From Lama guanicoe (lineage: Eukaryota), in contig MU054466.1 of NCBI GenBank assembly GCA_013239625.1, positions 4,551,770-4,615,769 of the forward strand: a DNA stretch of 64,000 bases, given 5' to 3'. The notes under the pieces are model-generated. The model was not told where the DNA came from. It saw only the letters and a list, made by a program, of their open reading frames with translations, and searched no databases. The position numbers and the translations under genes were made by a program. Below, piece by piece: positions 53,201 through 64,000 of the stretch. Each line of letters starts with the position of its first letter. Position 1 is the first letter of the stretch.

Positions 53201-56200
53201 CTCCTGTCCCCACACCCACCCCAACCCATAACTCACCCTGCCCTCCACAGGCAGCTCCTAAGAGCTGGGATTGAGATCAACCGCCAGACCAAGACAGGCA
53301 CTGCTCTCCACGAGGCCGCACTATACGGCAAGACCGAGGTGGTGCGGCTCCTCCTGGAGGTGGGTGTGGGCACCTGGTCTCCCCACAGGTGTACACGGAT
53401 CCCCACCAGGTGCCAGGTCCATGCCCAGCTGGAGAGGTGCAGGAGGGGGTCTCCACCACCAGTGTGGTGTTTGGTTTAGGTGGGGCCAAGTGTCTGGAGA
53501 GCAGACAGTCCTGGTTCGAGCCCAGTCTACCTCTTACTAGCTGAGTGACCTTGAGCTTGTCCTTAACCTCATCTCTGTGCTTCCATTTCCTCATCTGTAA
53601 ACTCTGAAAATAGTAGCTTCCTCCTGGGTAGTCCTTAGGATTAGGAGACATGACAAACCAGGTGTCACACGCTCACACCGCACTGTGCACCCAGGGTGGG
53701 GTGGATGTGAACATTCGGAACACGTATAACCAGACGGCACTGGACATCGTGAATCAGTTCACCACCTCCCAGGCCAGCCGGGAAATCAAGCAGCTACTTC
53801 GGGGTGAGTGTGTTTGGGAGACCTAGCCCAAGGGGTCCAGAGCCACTCCAGAGGGTACTAGAAGTGGATAAGGAATGGATGCCACACTCCTGGGCCCACA
53901 GCTGGTCGGGGGATGCTGCGGGAATGATGAGGCAGGGACCTGGGGGAGGGTCGTGAAGGGGCCTGGAAGACTGGAAAGATAATCTAAAGACCCCCAGATG
54001 ACATCTGTCCTCCTACTTCTCTTAGAGGCCTCAGGGATCCTGAAGGTCCGAGCACTCAAGGATTTCTGGAACCTCCACGATCCCACTGCTCTCAATGTCC
54101 GGGCAGGTGACGTCATCACGGTGAGGACCCAGTGCAGGCATTCCTTTGTGAGCTCAAATGATTGCTGTCACTTACTTGGGTACCTACTGTGGATTGAGCT
54201 CTGTATTAAGGTCTTTATGTGTGCTGTCTCATTGAATTCTTCCCAACCCATGTAAAATAGGCACTCTCACCATTTCCTTTTTAGAGCTGACAAAATTGAG
54301 ACTTAGAGAATTAAAGTGATTTGTCTAGAGTCTCAAGCTAGCAAGAGGTGGAGCTATGATTTGAATCCAGGACTCTTACTTGTATGCCCTGGAGGCACAC
54401 AGGGGACTGAGCGGGATGCTGGCAGCAGCAGCAGCAGAACTGTGGGCCGGCTTGGACATCAGAGACCACCTCCTTGGAGGGAGGAGAGGAGCTGGACCAC
54501 AGGTGCAGGAAGTTACCATTGTCATCATTCCCCGCCCCAAACTGCCACAGGTGCTTGAGCAGCATCCTGACGGCCGCTGGAAGGGCCACATCCACGAGAG
54601 CCAGAGGGGCACGGACCGCGTGGGCTACTTTCCCCCAGGCATTGTCGAAGTGGTCAGCAAGCGGGTGGGTGTGCTTGCACCCCGCCTTCCTTCGGCGCCC
54701 ACCCCTCTGCGCCCGGGCTTCTCCCGGACACCACAGCCCCCTGCTGATGACCCCCTGCACCCTGTTACCTATGGCCAGCTGCCTCGGGTGGGCCTCAGCC
54801 CAGACAGCCCAGGTACATCCTCCCCAGGGGTAGTGCTAGGCACCAGGGTGGGCATCTGGTTTTGGCAAGCTGCCAGTCAGCTGTTGGTAGGGCCAGCTGA
54901 GGCTCTGACCCCTTGGCTTCTGCCCCCTGCAGCAGGTGACAGGAACAGTGTGGGCAGTGAGGGCAGTGTGGGCAGCATCCGCAGTGCTGGCAGCGGGCAA
55001 AGTTCCGAGGGCACCAATGGCCACAGCACCAGCCTCCTTATTGAGAACGCCCAGGTAGGAGGGAGGGGGCGTTGGGGCCAGGGCCAGTCCCTCCCTGCTG
55101 CTGCAGTTCCTCAAACGCTGAGTCAGCTCCTTCCTTGTCTCCAGCCGCTACCCTCTGCCGGAGAGGACCAGGTGCTGCCGGGACTGCACCCTCCATCCCT
55201 GGCAGGTAGGAAGGGTGACTGGGACCTGGGTGGGCTAAGAGAAGTGCAGGTGGGGAGGCTGAAGGCTCGGCAGCCCTTTATTCTGCCACCCTGATTCCAT
55301 TTCTCTTCCTCCTTGAAGACAACCTAAACCACCGCCCTCTGGCCAACTATCGCTCTGGGGAGCAGCTCTTCACCCAGGATGTGAGGCCAGAGCAGCTGCT
55401 GGAGGGGAAGGTGTGACCTCTACTAGGGAGTGGGCCATAGGCCCATGGTAGGGGGTGGGGTGGGCCTCAGTGTGAACTTAAGTCCCTGCTCAGACCAGGT
55501 CCCTGGGGAGGCTGGGGTTGATGGCTGGGCTGTGATCTTGGCCTCCCCAAGCAGACTCAGCTCTGTTAACTTCACCCCCTCCCCCCACGCCACAGGATGC
55601 TCAGGCCATTCATAACTGGCTGAGTGAGTTCCAGCTGGAGGGCTACACTGCCCACTTTCTGCAGGCCGGCTACGACGTGCCAACTATCAGCCGCATGACA
55701 CCCGAGGTAGGAGCCGCAACGGGAGGGCAGTTTGGAAACCAACGGGCAGAGAAGGGGGCCTGATGGCACAACTCTGTGTGGCAGGACCTGACAGCCATCG
55801 GGGTGACCAAGCCAGGGCATAGGAAGAAGATCGCCTCAGAGATCGCCCAGCTCAGCATTGCCGAGTGGCTGCCCAACTACATCCCAGTGAGTAGGCGGCC
55901 AGCACGGGCTCCTACCTTCACCTGGGGCTTTGCGGTGCCTTCGTGGCTTGGGGACCGAGGCTGCCCGGGGAGCCAGCTCCGATGGTGCTGCTCTTCCAGG
56001 CGGACTTGCTGGAGTGGCTGTGCGCACTGGGGCTGCCCCAGTACCACAAGCAGCTGGTGAGCAGCGGCTACGACTCCATGGGACTGGTGGCCGACCTCAC
56101 CTGGGAGGAGCTGCAGGAGATCGGTGTCAACAAGCTGGGTGAGGACTGCCCTGGGCCTTCTAGCTGGGCCCCCACGTGCTCCCCAGGGTCTCCAAAATGT

Positions 56201-58545
56201 TTTCGGGGTCCAGGAGGGACTAGGGTGACCCTTTCCAGCACCAGCTAACTTTGCTGCCTCTCCCCACCCCACTCAGGTCACCAGAAGAAGCTTATGCTGG
56301 GGGTGAAGCGGCTGGCTGAGCTTCGGCGGGGCCTACTGCAGGGCGAGGTCCCAGGGGAAGGCGGCCGCCGGCTGGCCAAGGGCCCGGAACTGATGGCCAT
56401 CGAGGGGATGGAGAATGGGGACAGTCCGGCTGCAGCTGGCCCACGCCTCCTCACCTTTCAGGGCAGCGAGCTGAGCCCGGAGCTACAGGCAGCCATGGCA
56501 GGGGGTGGCCCTGAGCCACTCCCCCTGCCCCCTGCCCGTTCCCCTAGCCAGGAGAGCATTGGAGCACGCTCACGAGGGTCCGGTCATTCACAGGAACAGC
56601 CTGCCCCCCAACCCAGTGGTGGAGACACCAACACCCCACAGGAGAGGAATCTTCCAGAGGGCACGGAGCGGCCCTCTAAGCTTTGTTCCCCACTTCCTGG
56701 CCAAGGACCCCCCTCTTATGTTTTTATGTACCCCCAGGGCTCGCTCTCCAACCCAGCTCCAGGGCCGCCACCTGGTGCACCTCGGGCCTTCTCCTACTTG
56801 GCTGGGCCCCCTGCCACTCCTCCAGACCCCCCTCGGCCCAAGCGCCGGTCCCAGAGCCTGAGCCGCCCCTGTGCAGCCGAGGGGGAAGCAGAGGGGGAGG
56901 CTGAAGGGCCAGTGGATAGTGCCTTGGGCAGTTACGCCACCCTGACCCGGCGACCAGGACGCAGCGCCCTAGCCCGGACCAGCCCCAGCCTGACCCCAAC
57001 CCGAGGGGCTCCCCGCAGCCTGTCCTGTGCCCTTAGAGCCCGCACTGGCCCTACTCCGGAGCCGCCTCCACTAGATGGAAGCCCTGGGCCCAAGGAGGGG
57101 GCTGCTGGGTCCCGGAGACGAACACTGAGTGAACCTACCGGCCCCTCAGAGCCCCCTGGCCCACCAGCCCCAGCTGGCCCTGCATCGGACACGGAGGAGG
57201 AGGAGCCAGGGCCTGAGGGGACACCCCCGTCCCGGGGCAGCTCAGGGGAAGGGCTCCCATTTGCAGAGGAGGGAAACCTGACTATCAAACAGCGCCCCAA
57301 GCCGGCAGGCCCCCCACCCCGGGAGACACCCGTGCCACCCGGCCTCGATTTCAACCTCACAGAGTCAGACACTGTTAAGCGGAGGCCCAAATGCCGGGAG
57401 AGGGAGCCGCTGCAGACGGCACTCCTGGCCTTTGGGGTGGCGGGTGCCACGCCCAGCCCCCCTGCTCCCCTGCCCTCCCAGGCCCCCAGTGAGTCCCCCT
57501 CAGCTTCTCCTAGCCCTTCCCGGCCTGACCCTAGCAGCCTTCCAACTCCAGGAGCTCCAGCCCCTCCTTGTTCCAGTCCCCCGACCCAGGCCCCAGTGCC
57601 TCCCTGCCCTGGCCCGGCTCCGGAAAACTCAGCAGGCAATTGGCGGCATGGGGAGATGGAGCCCCCGGCTCCCCCCGCTGCCCTCATCAAGGTGCCTGGA
57701 GCAGGTAAGAGGCTGGGTCTGCAGGGAGAGGGGGTGGTTTGCAGGGGTGGTGTCTAGCCCAGCTGAGTCACAAGCCNNNNNNNNNNNNNNNNNNNNNNNN
57801 NNNNNNNNNNNNNNNNNNNNNNNNNNNNNNNNNNNNNNNNNNNNNNNNNNNNNNNNNNNNNNNNNNNNNNNNNNNNNNNNNNNNNNNNNNNNNNNNNNNN
57901 NNNNNNNNTGGGGCTGCGGGCCCAGGCCGGGCCCAGCAGAGACTGGAGCAGACCAGTTCATCCTTGGCAGCTGCATTGCGGGCCGCAGAGAAGAGCATCG
58001 GCGCTGAGGAGCGAGATGGGTGAGGGGTGCTGGGTGCTGGGCCGGGAGGTGGAGAAGGCGGCATAAGAGCAATTCCTCCTGAATCCTTTTCCCAGGGTTC
58101 CAGGAATGTTGGGAGGGGGACATCACTGTCATGTTGCAGGCAGATCTTCAGGCTGGGGAGGCCCCTGTTGGGATGGGAGGAGCCCAGGTTCTGGAGCCTC
58201 CCAGACTTGACCTGCAGGGAATCCTGGTGCCTCTTAGAGGCAAGTGAGTTTGGGCAAGTCACTTATCTCTCTGAGCCCCAGTGTGTTTGTGCAAGGAAGG
58301 GAACAGTAACTCCTACTGCTTCAGGAAGCTGTGAGAATTAGAAGATGTACACCAAGTGCTTGCACCAACCGGGCTCTCGGTAGTAGCCCCCTTGCCCAGG
58401 GCCGGCAGGATGCAGACCACTGGCTGATCTGACCCAGTCCTTCCCCTGCTGCAGCCCTCCTGGCACCTCCACCAAGCACATTCTGGATGACATCAGCACC
58501 ATGTTCGACGCCCTGGCTAACCAGCTGGATGCCATGCTGGACTGA
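47274..58545 (+). CDS. CASKIN2: CASK-interacting protein 2 (ankyrin repeats, SH3, tandem SAM, proline-rich tail), about 1186 aa
   Basis: Coding exons: 47274-47367, 51443-51494, 52011-52108, 52509-52654, 52755-52850, 52937-53067, 53251-53359, 53695-53803, 54026-54120, 54551-54812, 54933-55054, 55145-55205, 55319-55410, 55596-55706, 55785-55886, 56000-56138, 56277-57704, (start in N-gap)-58019, 58455-58545. Peptides: [54 protein letters not shown] (SH3), [16 protein letters not shown] (SAM), [21 protein letters not shown]. Protein length assumes the gapped exon is the same size as in human. Confidence 0.96.
47615..47735 (-). mobile_element. L2 LINE 3' fragment (adjacent to a MIR piece at about 47550-47600)
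   Basis: cattcattcaaatttttttgagtgtctattgtgtgccag...ttcctgccctcatggagtt. Confidence 0.65.
53505..53650 (+). mobile_element. MIR SINE
   Basis: cctggttcgagcccagtctacctcttactagctgagtgaccttgagc...tttcctcatctgtaaa. Confidence 0.75.
54165..54380 (-). mobile_element. MIR SINE
   Basis: tctcattgaattcttcccaacccatg...aaaattgagacttagaga...gatttgaatccagg. Confidence 0.65.
57777..57908. other. Assembly gap (132 N) hiding the start of CASKIN2 exon 19
   Basis: run of n; the frame resumes as [31 protein letters not shown]. Confidence 0.98.
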
Positions 58546-58972
58546 GCTGGACCTGCTGGTAGCCTTCAGCAGTGCACACCATGACCTGCAGCGACCAATG
58601 CCTTTCCCCCAGCACGGAAGCAGCTCCTGCTTAGGCTGCTCCAGGCCAGCAGCTGTCAGCACCACCGCTCCAGGAGGCAGCACCCTTGCCCCCTGCTCCT
58701 GCCCCAGGGAGCTGAGGGGACCTGTCAGAAACTGACATCTCAGCAAAGCCCCCTCCAGTGTGTAATCTGATGGGATGGCCCTGCCTTTTGGACAGGGGCC
58801 CGGTAAGAGCTTCCTCCCCTGGAAGAAAGAAGTGGTAGCAGGGCTTCTTGGGGTGCTTCCTCTGTCCCCCGTGTCTTGAGTCCCTGTGTTGAGGGCCTCT
58901 TGCCACCCACTTTGCCGTCCTAGCTCCTGGCAGGCTGGAAGAGGCTGAGTGTCTGGCCTGGTCCCCCGCAGG

Positions 58973-58993
58973 TGTACATAGGACATGTAAATA
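58973..58993 (+). promoter_or_regulatory. Tandem Pumilio response elements in the CASKIN2 3' UTR
   Basis: TGTACATA (58973-58980) and TGTAAATA (58986-58993), both matching UGUAHAUA. Confidence 0.6.
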
Positions 58994-59339
58994 AGCAGCC
59001 AGGGGCCTGCTCGCAGCGGCGGTGGCAGTGCCCAGGCCAGCCTCTGCTCCCGCCCCTGCCTGCCCTCAGTGAGGCAAAGCTGGCAGGGGTGGGGGCAGCG
59101 GGATTAACAGATCCCCGAAGTCCAAACTCTTTCAACTGTAAATGTAATTTTTTAAGCAGAGAGAAAGCATATATTTTAAATGGAATTTATTCTATCTATA
59201 ACTGCCTGAGAGGACGCAGTGGGGGAGGGGCTTCGGACCACAGCAGGAGCACCCACTGCCCACCTCAGGGCTGGAAGCCTGACCTGGTTGGCCCGGGCCT
59301 CGGTTCTGTAACCATTAACCTCTTCCCGAAACTAACACC

Positions 59340-59345
59340 AATGAA
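59340..59345 (+). terminator. CASKIN2: Candidate CASKIN2 poly(A) signal (variant AATGAA)
   Basis: No AATAAA seen in the 3' UTR; AATGAA is followed about 25 nt later by GU-rich tgtgtgtttgg. Confidence 0.45.
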
Positions 59346-59576
59346 AGTGTCATTCCACGTGATCACACTGTGTGTTTGGATCTGTGCCGTGGACCTCTGA
59401 GCCCAGGGTCGCACCTGAGCTGGACCTGAGCACTCCCGCCAATGTGGGAAGGAAGAAGGTGTGGGCCATCTCCCCTCCTCACCACTGGGGCTCCCTCACT
59501 GGCCCAAGCCTTGAGTGGGCCCCTTAGTGGCTGCCTCATGGACCAGCCACAGGTTTTTCTTAAGCAATTTATAAGT

Positions 59577-59582
59577 TTTAAT
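59577..59582 (-). terminator. TMEM94: Probable TMEM94 poly(A) signal (ATTAAA)
   Basis: tttaat on + at the end of an AU-rich stretch about 755 nt past the stop codon. Confidence 0.65.
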
Positions 59583-60336
59583 ACAAATCAGTCTACATTC
59601 GTTCCTAAAAGGCTCATTTCCAGTAAAAAATATACACCAGTAAAAACATCCTCACAGGAGAACTAGGGCAGGGAGCTAACAGGAGCCCTGGGCTGTATCC
59701 CCAAGACGGACTTGCGGCCAGCCAGGGGAGGCACAGGAAGAGGTTCCAGGGCGAGGCGGGGGCTCTGCTCCATCGTCGGGTCTGAGCATGAGGCTCCCCC
59801 ACAGAGGGAGGGAGGGAAGGTCCTCAGGGCCAAATCCAGGCCCCTGCCCCAGGAAGACAGGATGAGAGGAGCACAGAGGACGACCACCATCCCTGCCTTC
59901 AACAGTGGCTGAGGGAGTTGTTCAGAACCCCCAGGGCTGCTGCCACTGCTCTTCTACAAAAAATTGGAGCTCAGACCCAAGAGCAGAGGGCACTGTATTA
60001 CGGGACCCTGACAGAGGGGTGGCTCACAGGTGGAAGAAGCTGAGGGCCCCTCTATTAAGCGCACAAGGTCATACATTCAGGAGTCCAGGGGCTTCCCCCC
60101 ACGGTGAGGCCCAAGGAAGAGCCAGACTGTCCTGACGCCGAGGCCACAGGTCAGCATCCTCTGTAAGCCCCAAGGGTCAGGACAACAGCTGGGTCTGACA
60201 CCGGGAGTGGGGCCACCAGTGCCATGGGGCACAAGAGCAAACTCTGAAACATTCATGATATCAAACTCCAGACTCAAAAATTGGCCTGGTTTTAGACTCA
60301 GGAATCAGGGCAACTATGGCCACCATGGTCAGTGGC

Positions 60337-63300
60337 TCAGAAGGGAGAGTTCATGCCCAGCTTAGTTTCAAACTGCAGCTTCTGTCGCTTCTGGTACCGG
60401 ACCCGGACCCTGGTGGGGCGGGAGATTATAAAGTTCAGGTTAGCCCAGACCCCCCAGGCCAGGGGACAGGCAGGACACCCGAGGAGAAGGGAGGCATGGG
60501 CAGTGGGAGGGTGGGGGAGCGGTGCCCAGGAGGTGATGGGCTCAGGGAACATGCCCAAGCCTGGAAGGGGCACCGGGCAGGTGGCTTACCGAATCTCATG
60601 CAGCTTCACGATCTCGTTGGTGACCACCACGAGGACCAGGGAGAGGCAGCCCAGGAGCCACGTCAGCAGAGGCACATCCTCCAGGCCAAAGTGGACGTGG
60701 CTATCCGTGTGTGTCCACAGCTGCAGGTCCACTGCCGTCTGGACTACCTGCCCCAGCAGCCTGTAGGAGGTGGCATTCCGGCGTCAGCCAGGGTCTCTTG
60801 CTTCCTTCCATTTCCTTCCAGCAGGAGTAGCTCATGCAGGGCACCCTTCAACCTCTGGCCCAAGCCCTGCCTCAAATTACAGGCCTACTGCAGCCCCTCC
60901 CTGCTCCTGCCCTCCTTCCCAGCGAGACTCACACCACGGGCACCGTCACGGCCCACCAGAGGTTCGTCAAGGGGCTCTTTCTCCACAGGGGCTTGGTGCG
61001 ATGCACGTGGGTGATGGAGATGAAGACTGGAAAAAATGGGGTCGGTGGCAGGTGTCAGACTTCCCACCACCCGGGGCCTTGTCCTTGGGGTGCCCCACCT
61101 GCCCCCATCGGCCCCTCCCAGGGAGCCCCTCACCAGTGTGTAGGACAGTAAGGGCGGCAGCGAGCTTCTGAGCCGGCAGCAGCCCATTGGCGAAGTCGTC
61201 AAACCAGGCTGGAGCCGTGTTGGCGTGGCTGCCAAAGCAAAGTGTGGGCTCAGCCTCCTCTAGGCCCCAGGGAAGTGGACTGGGGCGGAGAGGGTTGGTG
61301 GGGAGACCCACCTGGGCAGCATGATGGAGGAGCAGTTGGTGAGGTTGCGGGCCCGGGAGCTGTCGCAGAAGCTCTGCAGGGTGAAGCCAAAGCAGATGAG
61401 GCACGAGCTGATGGTGAGGCTGAACTTGAGTAAGAAGCAGAGCAGGAAGTAGTGCTGGGTCTGCGGGAAGGAGGAGGCCATCACTCCCATGGCGGCCGTG
61501 ATTCAACGGGGTTCTTGGCCAGTGGGCAGGCCCGGGGGATAAGCAGCAAGGATCTTTCCCAGCTCTGTGCCACCGCCTCCCCTTTGGTCTGGGGACGTTC
61601 TGATGAAATCCTCCCATCCCCCTCTGCACTCACATTCCTCAGGAAAGGCCCAGGCTCACAGGGCCCCACCCCACGCGTACCTTCTTAGGAATGGACTGAA
61701 GATTCTTCCCCGTTGCCATAGACATGATGGAGCTATGGGGTGGCTTCCCCAGCAGAGAAATGCTGAAAAGCAGAGACTTGGTGAAGGGTGGCAACTGTGA
61801 CCCTCTGTCCCCCAGTTCCTATGTGGAAAACCTTCTGACAGTCTTGAGAGTGAGCTCAAGTCTGCTGGGCAAATGGGATAAGACAAGAGGGAGAGAGTCC
61901 CCCAGGGCCTCCTGTGCCAGAGGAGGTAGGCACTGAGCATGGCTTCCTGAACCTGGGCTCCAGGGGGATGCTCGGTGACATTCCAACCCTGCCTGCCTGG
62001 GCTTGGAGGGGTGGCCTGGCCTCTCACCTGAGCAGAGGGTAGCAAAAGCAGGACAGCCACAGGATATCGGTGGTACTCAGGATTGGCGGCAGCTGGACGA
62101 GGCAAGAGAGGAACTGGACCAGGAGGAGCCAGGAAGCTCGATTAGATTCTGGCAAATAGTCATATGCTGGGAGCCCCAGGGCTGCCTCGCCCTGCGCCCA
62201 GACAGAGACTCACACCCTGGCTGAGAGGATACAGCTGGACGGGACATTACTCTGCCAATGGAGTCATTTCCAAAAGCCCAGGGGTTTCACAGATGCTCTG
62301 GAGGCCCCCCTAGGCTGTGATACAGCCTCCTAGACTCTCAGTGGGCTCTTGAGCGAAGAAGCCAGCATGGAGGGGCAACGCCCGTGCTGGCTTCACCTCA
62401 CCTGGATGACCACGAGAGTCAGCTGGCACTGCAGCAAGAAGAGGAAGCATTTTCGAATGCCGTAGGTGGCGTGCCGAGCCTAGGGACCAGGAGGGACAGA
62501 TTGTGGCCTCTCTCAGGCCCTATAGCTGACAAGCTTCAGCCAAGGGCCAGGTGCCCCAGATGCTCCTGCTAGGAAGGGGTGGAGGCAAACTAAACTGCCT
62601 GGGAGGGCATCGCCTGGAGATGAACCACCCTTGGGAGCCCAGGTGGATCCTGGGTTGCAACTCCCCACCCCAAGCAGACCCTGAGCCCCGCCCCCTCGCC
62701 CGCCTGAGCCCCCACCTGCTCGATGAGCCGGATGATGCTGATGGTCTCCTCCTGGCGAAAGGTCAGGGAGCAGGGCAGGCTGTTAAGCTGCCCCGAGAGC
62801 TGCAGAGGAGCAAGGCCGTCCGAGGCCTGGGCCATGCTGGTGCTGGTGGCATAGCCAAAGGTCTCCCAGGAGCAGCGGGATGGGTACAGGGGATCCAGGG
62901 CAATGCTGCTCAGCATAGGGGGCGAAATGGACCCATGAGCTGCACTCTGCCAAGACCCCATCTCCCACAGGACTGAGCAAGTACCTGCCCCCTCTTCTCC
63001 CCACCATGCCCAGATCCCTTGGTCCCAACCAGGGCAAGACTGGTTGTGGAATACACTCCCAGGGATATGCCAGCCCGACTCTGGGGTCTCTGGGAGGTAG
63101 AGGCTGGCCCCCGGCTGCAGGGTGTTACCCTGACCTGATGTCGCTCTGGAGGAAAAGGCAGCTGTTCCGCAGGTTGGCAGAGCTGCCCAGGCAGCAAGTC
63201 ACCTCCCCGTACTCCTGCATGATCTTGATCATCTCACACATGGCTAAGGGAGCAGAGGGGGGAGCACAAGAGTCAGGGAGGCAGAGCCCCAGCTGGGGTG

Positions 63301-63917
63301 CTGGGCAGAGACAGGACAGAGCAAGAGACAAGGGAAAACGGGCCCCTCTTTGGGACCATCCTGTCCCCAGTTTCATGAACATCGTATGAATATTGTCACT
63401 TCTGACTCTCTAGAATGGGTCACCCACAGCTCCAGCCCACCAGACTCCCCAGCTCTTCCCGAGCCAGGTTCCTTTGCTCCCTGCGTGGGAAGCCAACATC
63501 CCCTCCAGGGCCCACCGGGTGCCCAGGTGCTGGCAATGCTCGGCAGAAGGGCTGGTCTGGCTGAGTAGCCATGGCCGCAGTACTCACTCTCAGGGGTACA
63601 GTCGGTGAAGAGAGGCACTAGCAGGGGCACATTGTCGATGTTCTGCAGGTGGGGCCGTACTTGGTGGATGCCCCGGGGCAGCTTGGCCTGGAGAAAGCAG
63701 AGATGCCAGTGGCCTCAGGGTCCCTCCTCCCTCCCTCCTTGGCCCTGGACCAGCCACGCACCACCCCCGGGACTCTCGGGGCATGGACCCTGCCTCCGTA
63801 CCCGGTTGCAGTCCTCCAGGAAGCTGGGGAGGTCGCTGTCCGTAGGCTGGAAGCTAATGAGATCTGAGTGACCTTCCTCCTCCATCAGGAGGAGACCTTC
63901 CGCATCATCTCGGGACA
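60337..63917 (-). CDS. TMEM94: Transmembrane protein 94 (KIAA0195/ERMA, P-type-ATPase-like ER membrane protein), last 12 coding exons; gene continues beyond the right edge
   Basis: Exons: 63802-63917, 63588-63687, 63135-63243, 62716-62905, 62402-62479, 62028-62113, 61681-61762, 61312-61460, 61134-61228, 60933-61026, 60590-60760, 60337-60409; phase-consistent. Peptides: AKLPRGIHQVRPHLQNIDNVPLLVPLFTDCTPE, MCEMIKIMQEYGEVTCCLGSSAN, VRVRYQKRQKLQFETKLGMNSPF*. Confidence 0.95.
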
Positions 63918-64000
63918 CTGTGGGGACAAAGCCTGTCCCTCACCTTGGGGTCAGCCTTCTGGGGGCCTTTCCTTGCCCCACAGATGGCATATAACCTCCT

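Noticed and set aside
56932-57690. 252-aa minus-strand G/A-rich ORF
   Set aside because: Antisense shadow of the proline-rich CASKIN2 exon 18

Overview
Mammalian genomic DNA, probably a camelid judging from one SINE, syntenic with the human 17q25 block in reverse orientation. From left to right it holds five genes. (1) The first coding exon of MYO15B (- strand, ATG at 720, 240 open codons running off the left edge; the ORF track misses it). (2) The complete LLGL2 gene (-; 25 coding exons, about 1022 aa, with a U12-type intron 3). (3) The complete TSEN54 gene (-; 11 exons, about 531 aa). (4) CASKIN2 (+; 19 coding exons, one partly in an N-gap), which shares a CpG-island bidirectional promoter with TSEN54. 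(5) The last 12 coding exons of TMEM94/ERMA (-), convergent with CASKIN2. Exon boundaries were read by hand from GT/AG sites and are phase-consistent. Gene names and orthologue comparisons come from my recollection of the human proteins, not from a search. Introns and intergenic DNA contain a solo ERV LTR, L1/L2/MIR fragments, hAT DNA-transposon relics, a tRNA-derived SINE, an (AC)20 microsatellite and two assembly gaps. I see no convincing wholly new biological system. The best leads are: apparent loss of the conserved [14 protein letters not shown] motif in CASKIN2 (real or an assembly artefact); an in-frame TSEN54-to-LLGL2 read-through junction; dual-frame LLGL2 tail exons; an L1-donated intronic poly(A) signal; a candidate internal LLGL2 promoter; a mirtron-like TMEM94 intron; several stop-free 3n introns; and layered translational-control elements in the CASKIN2 mRNA.
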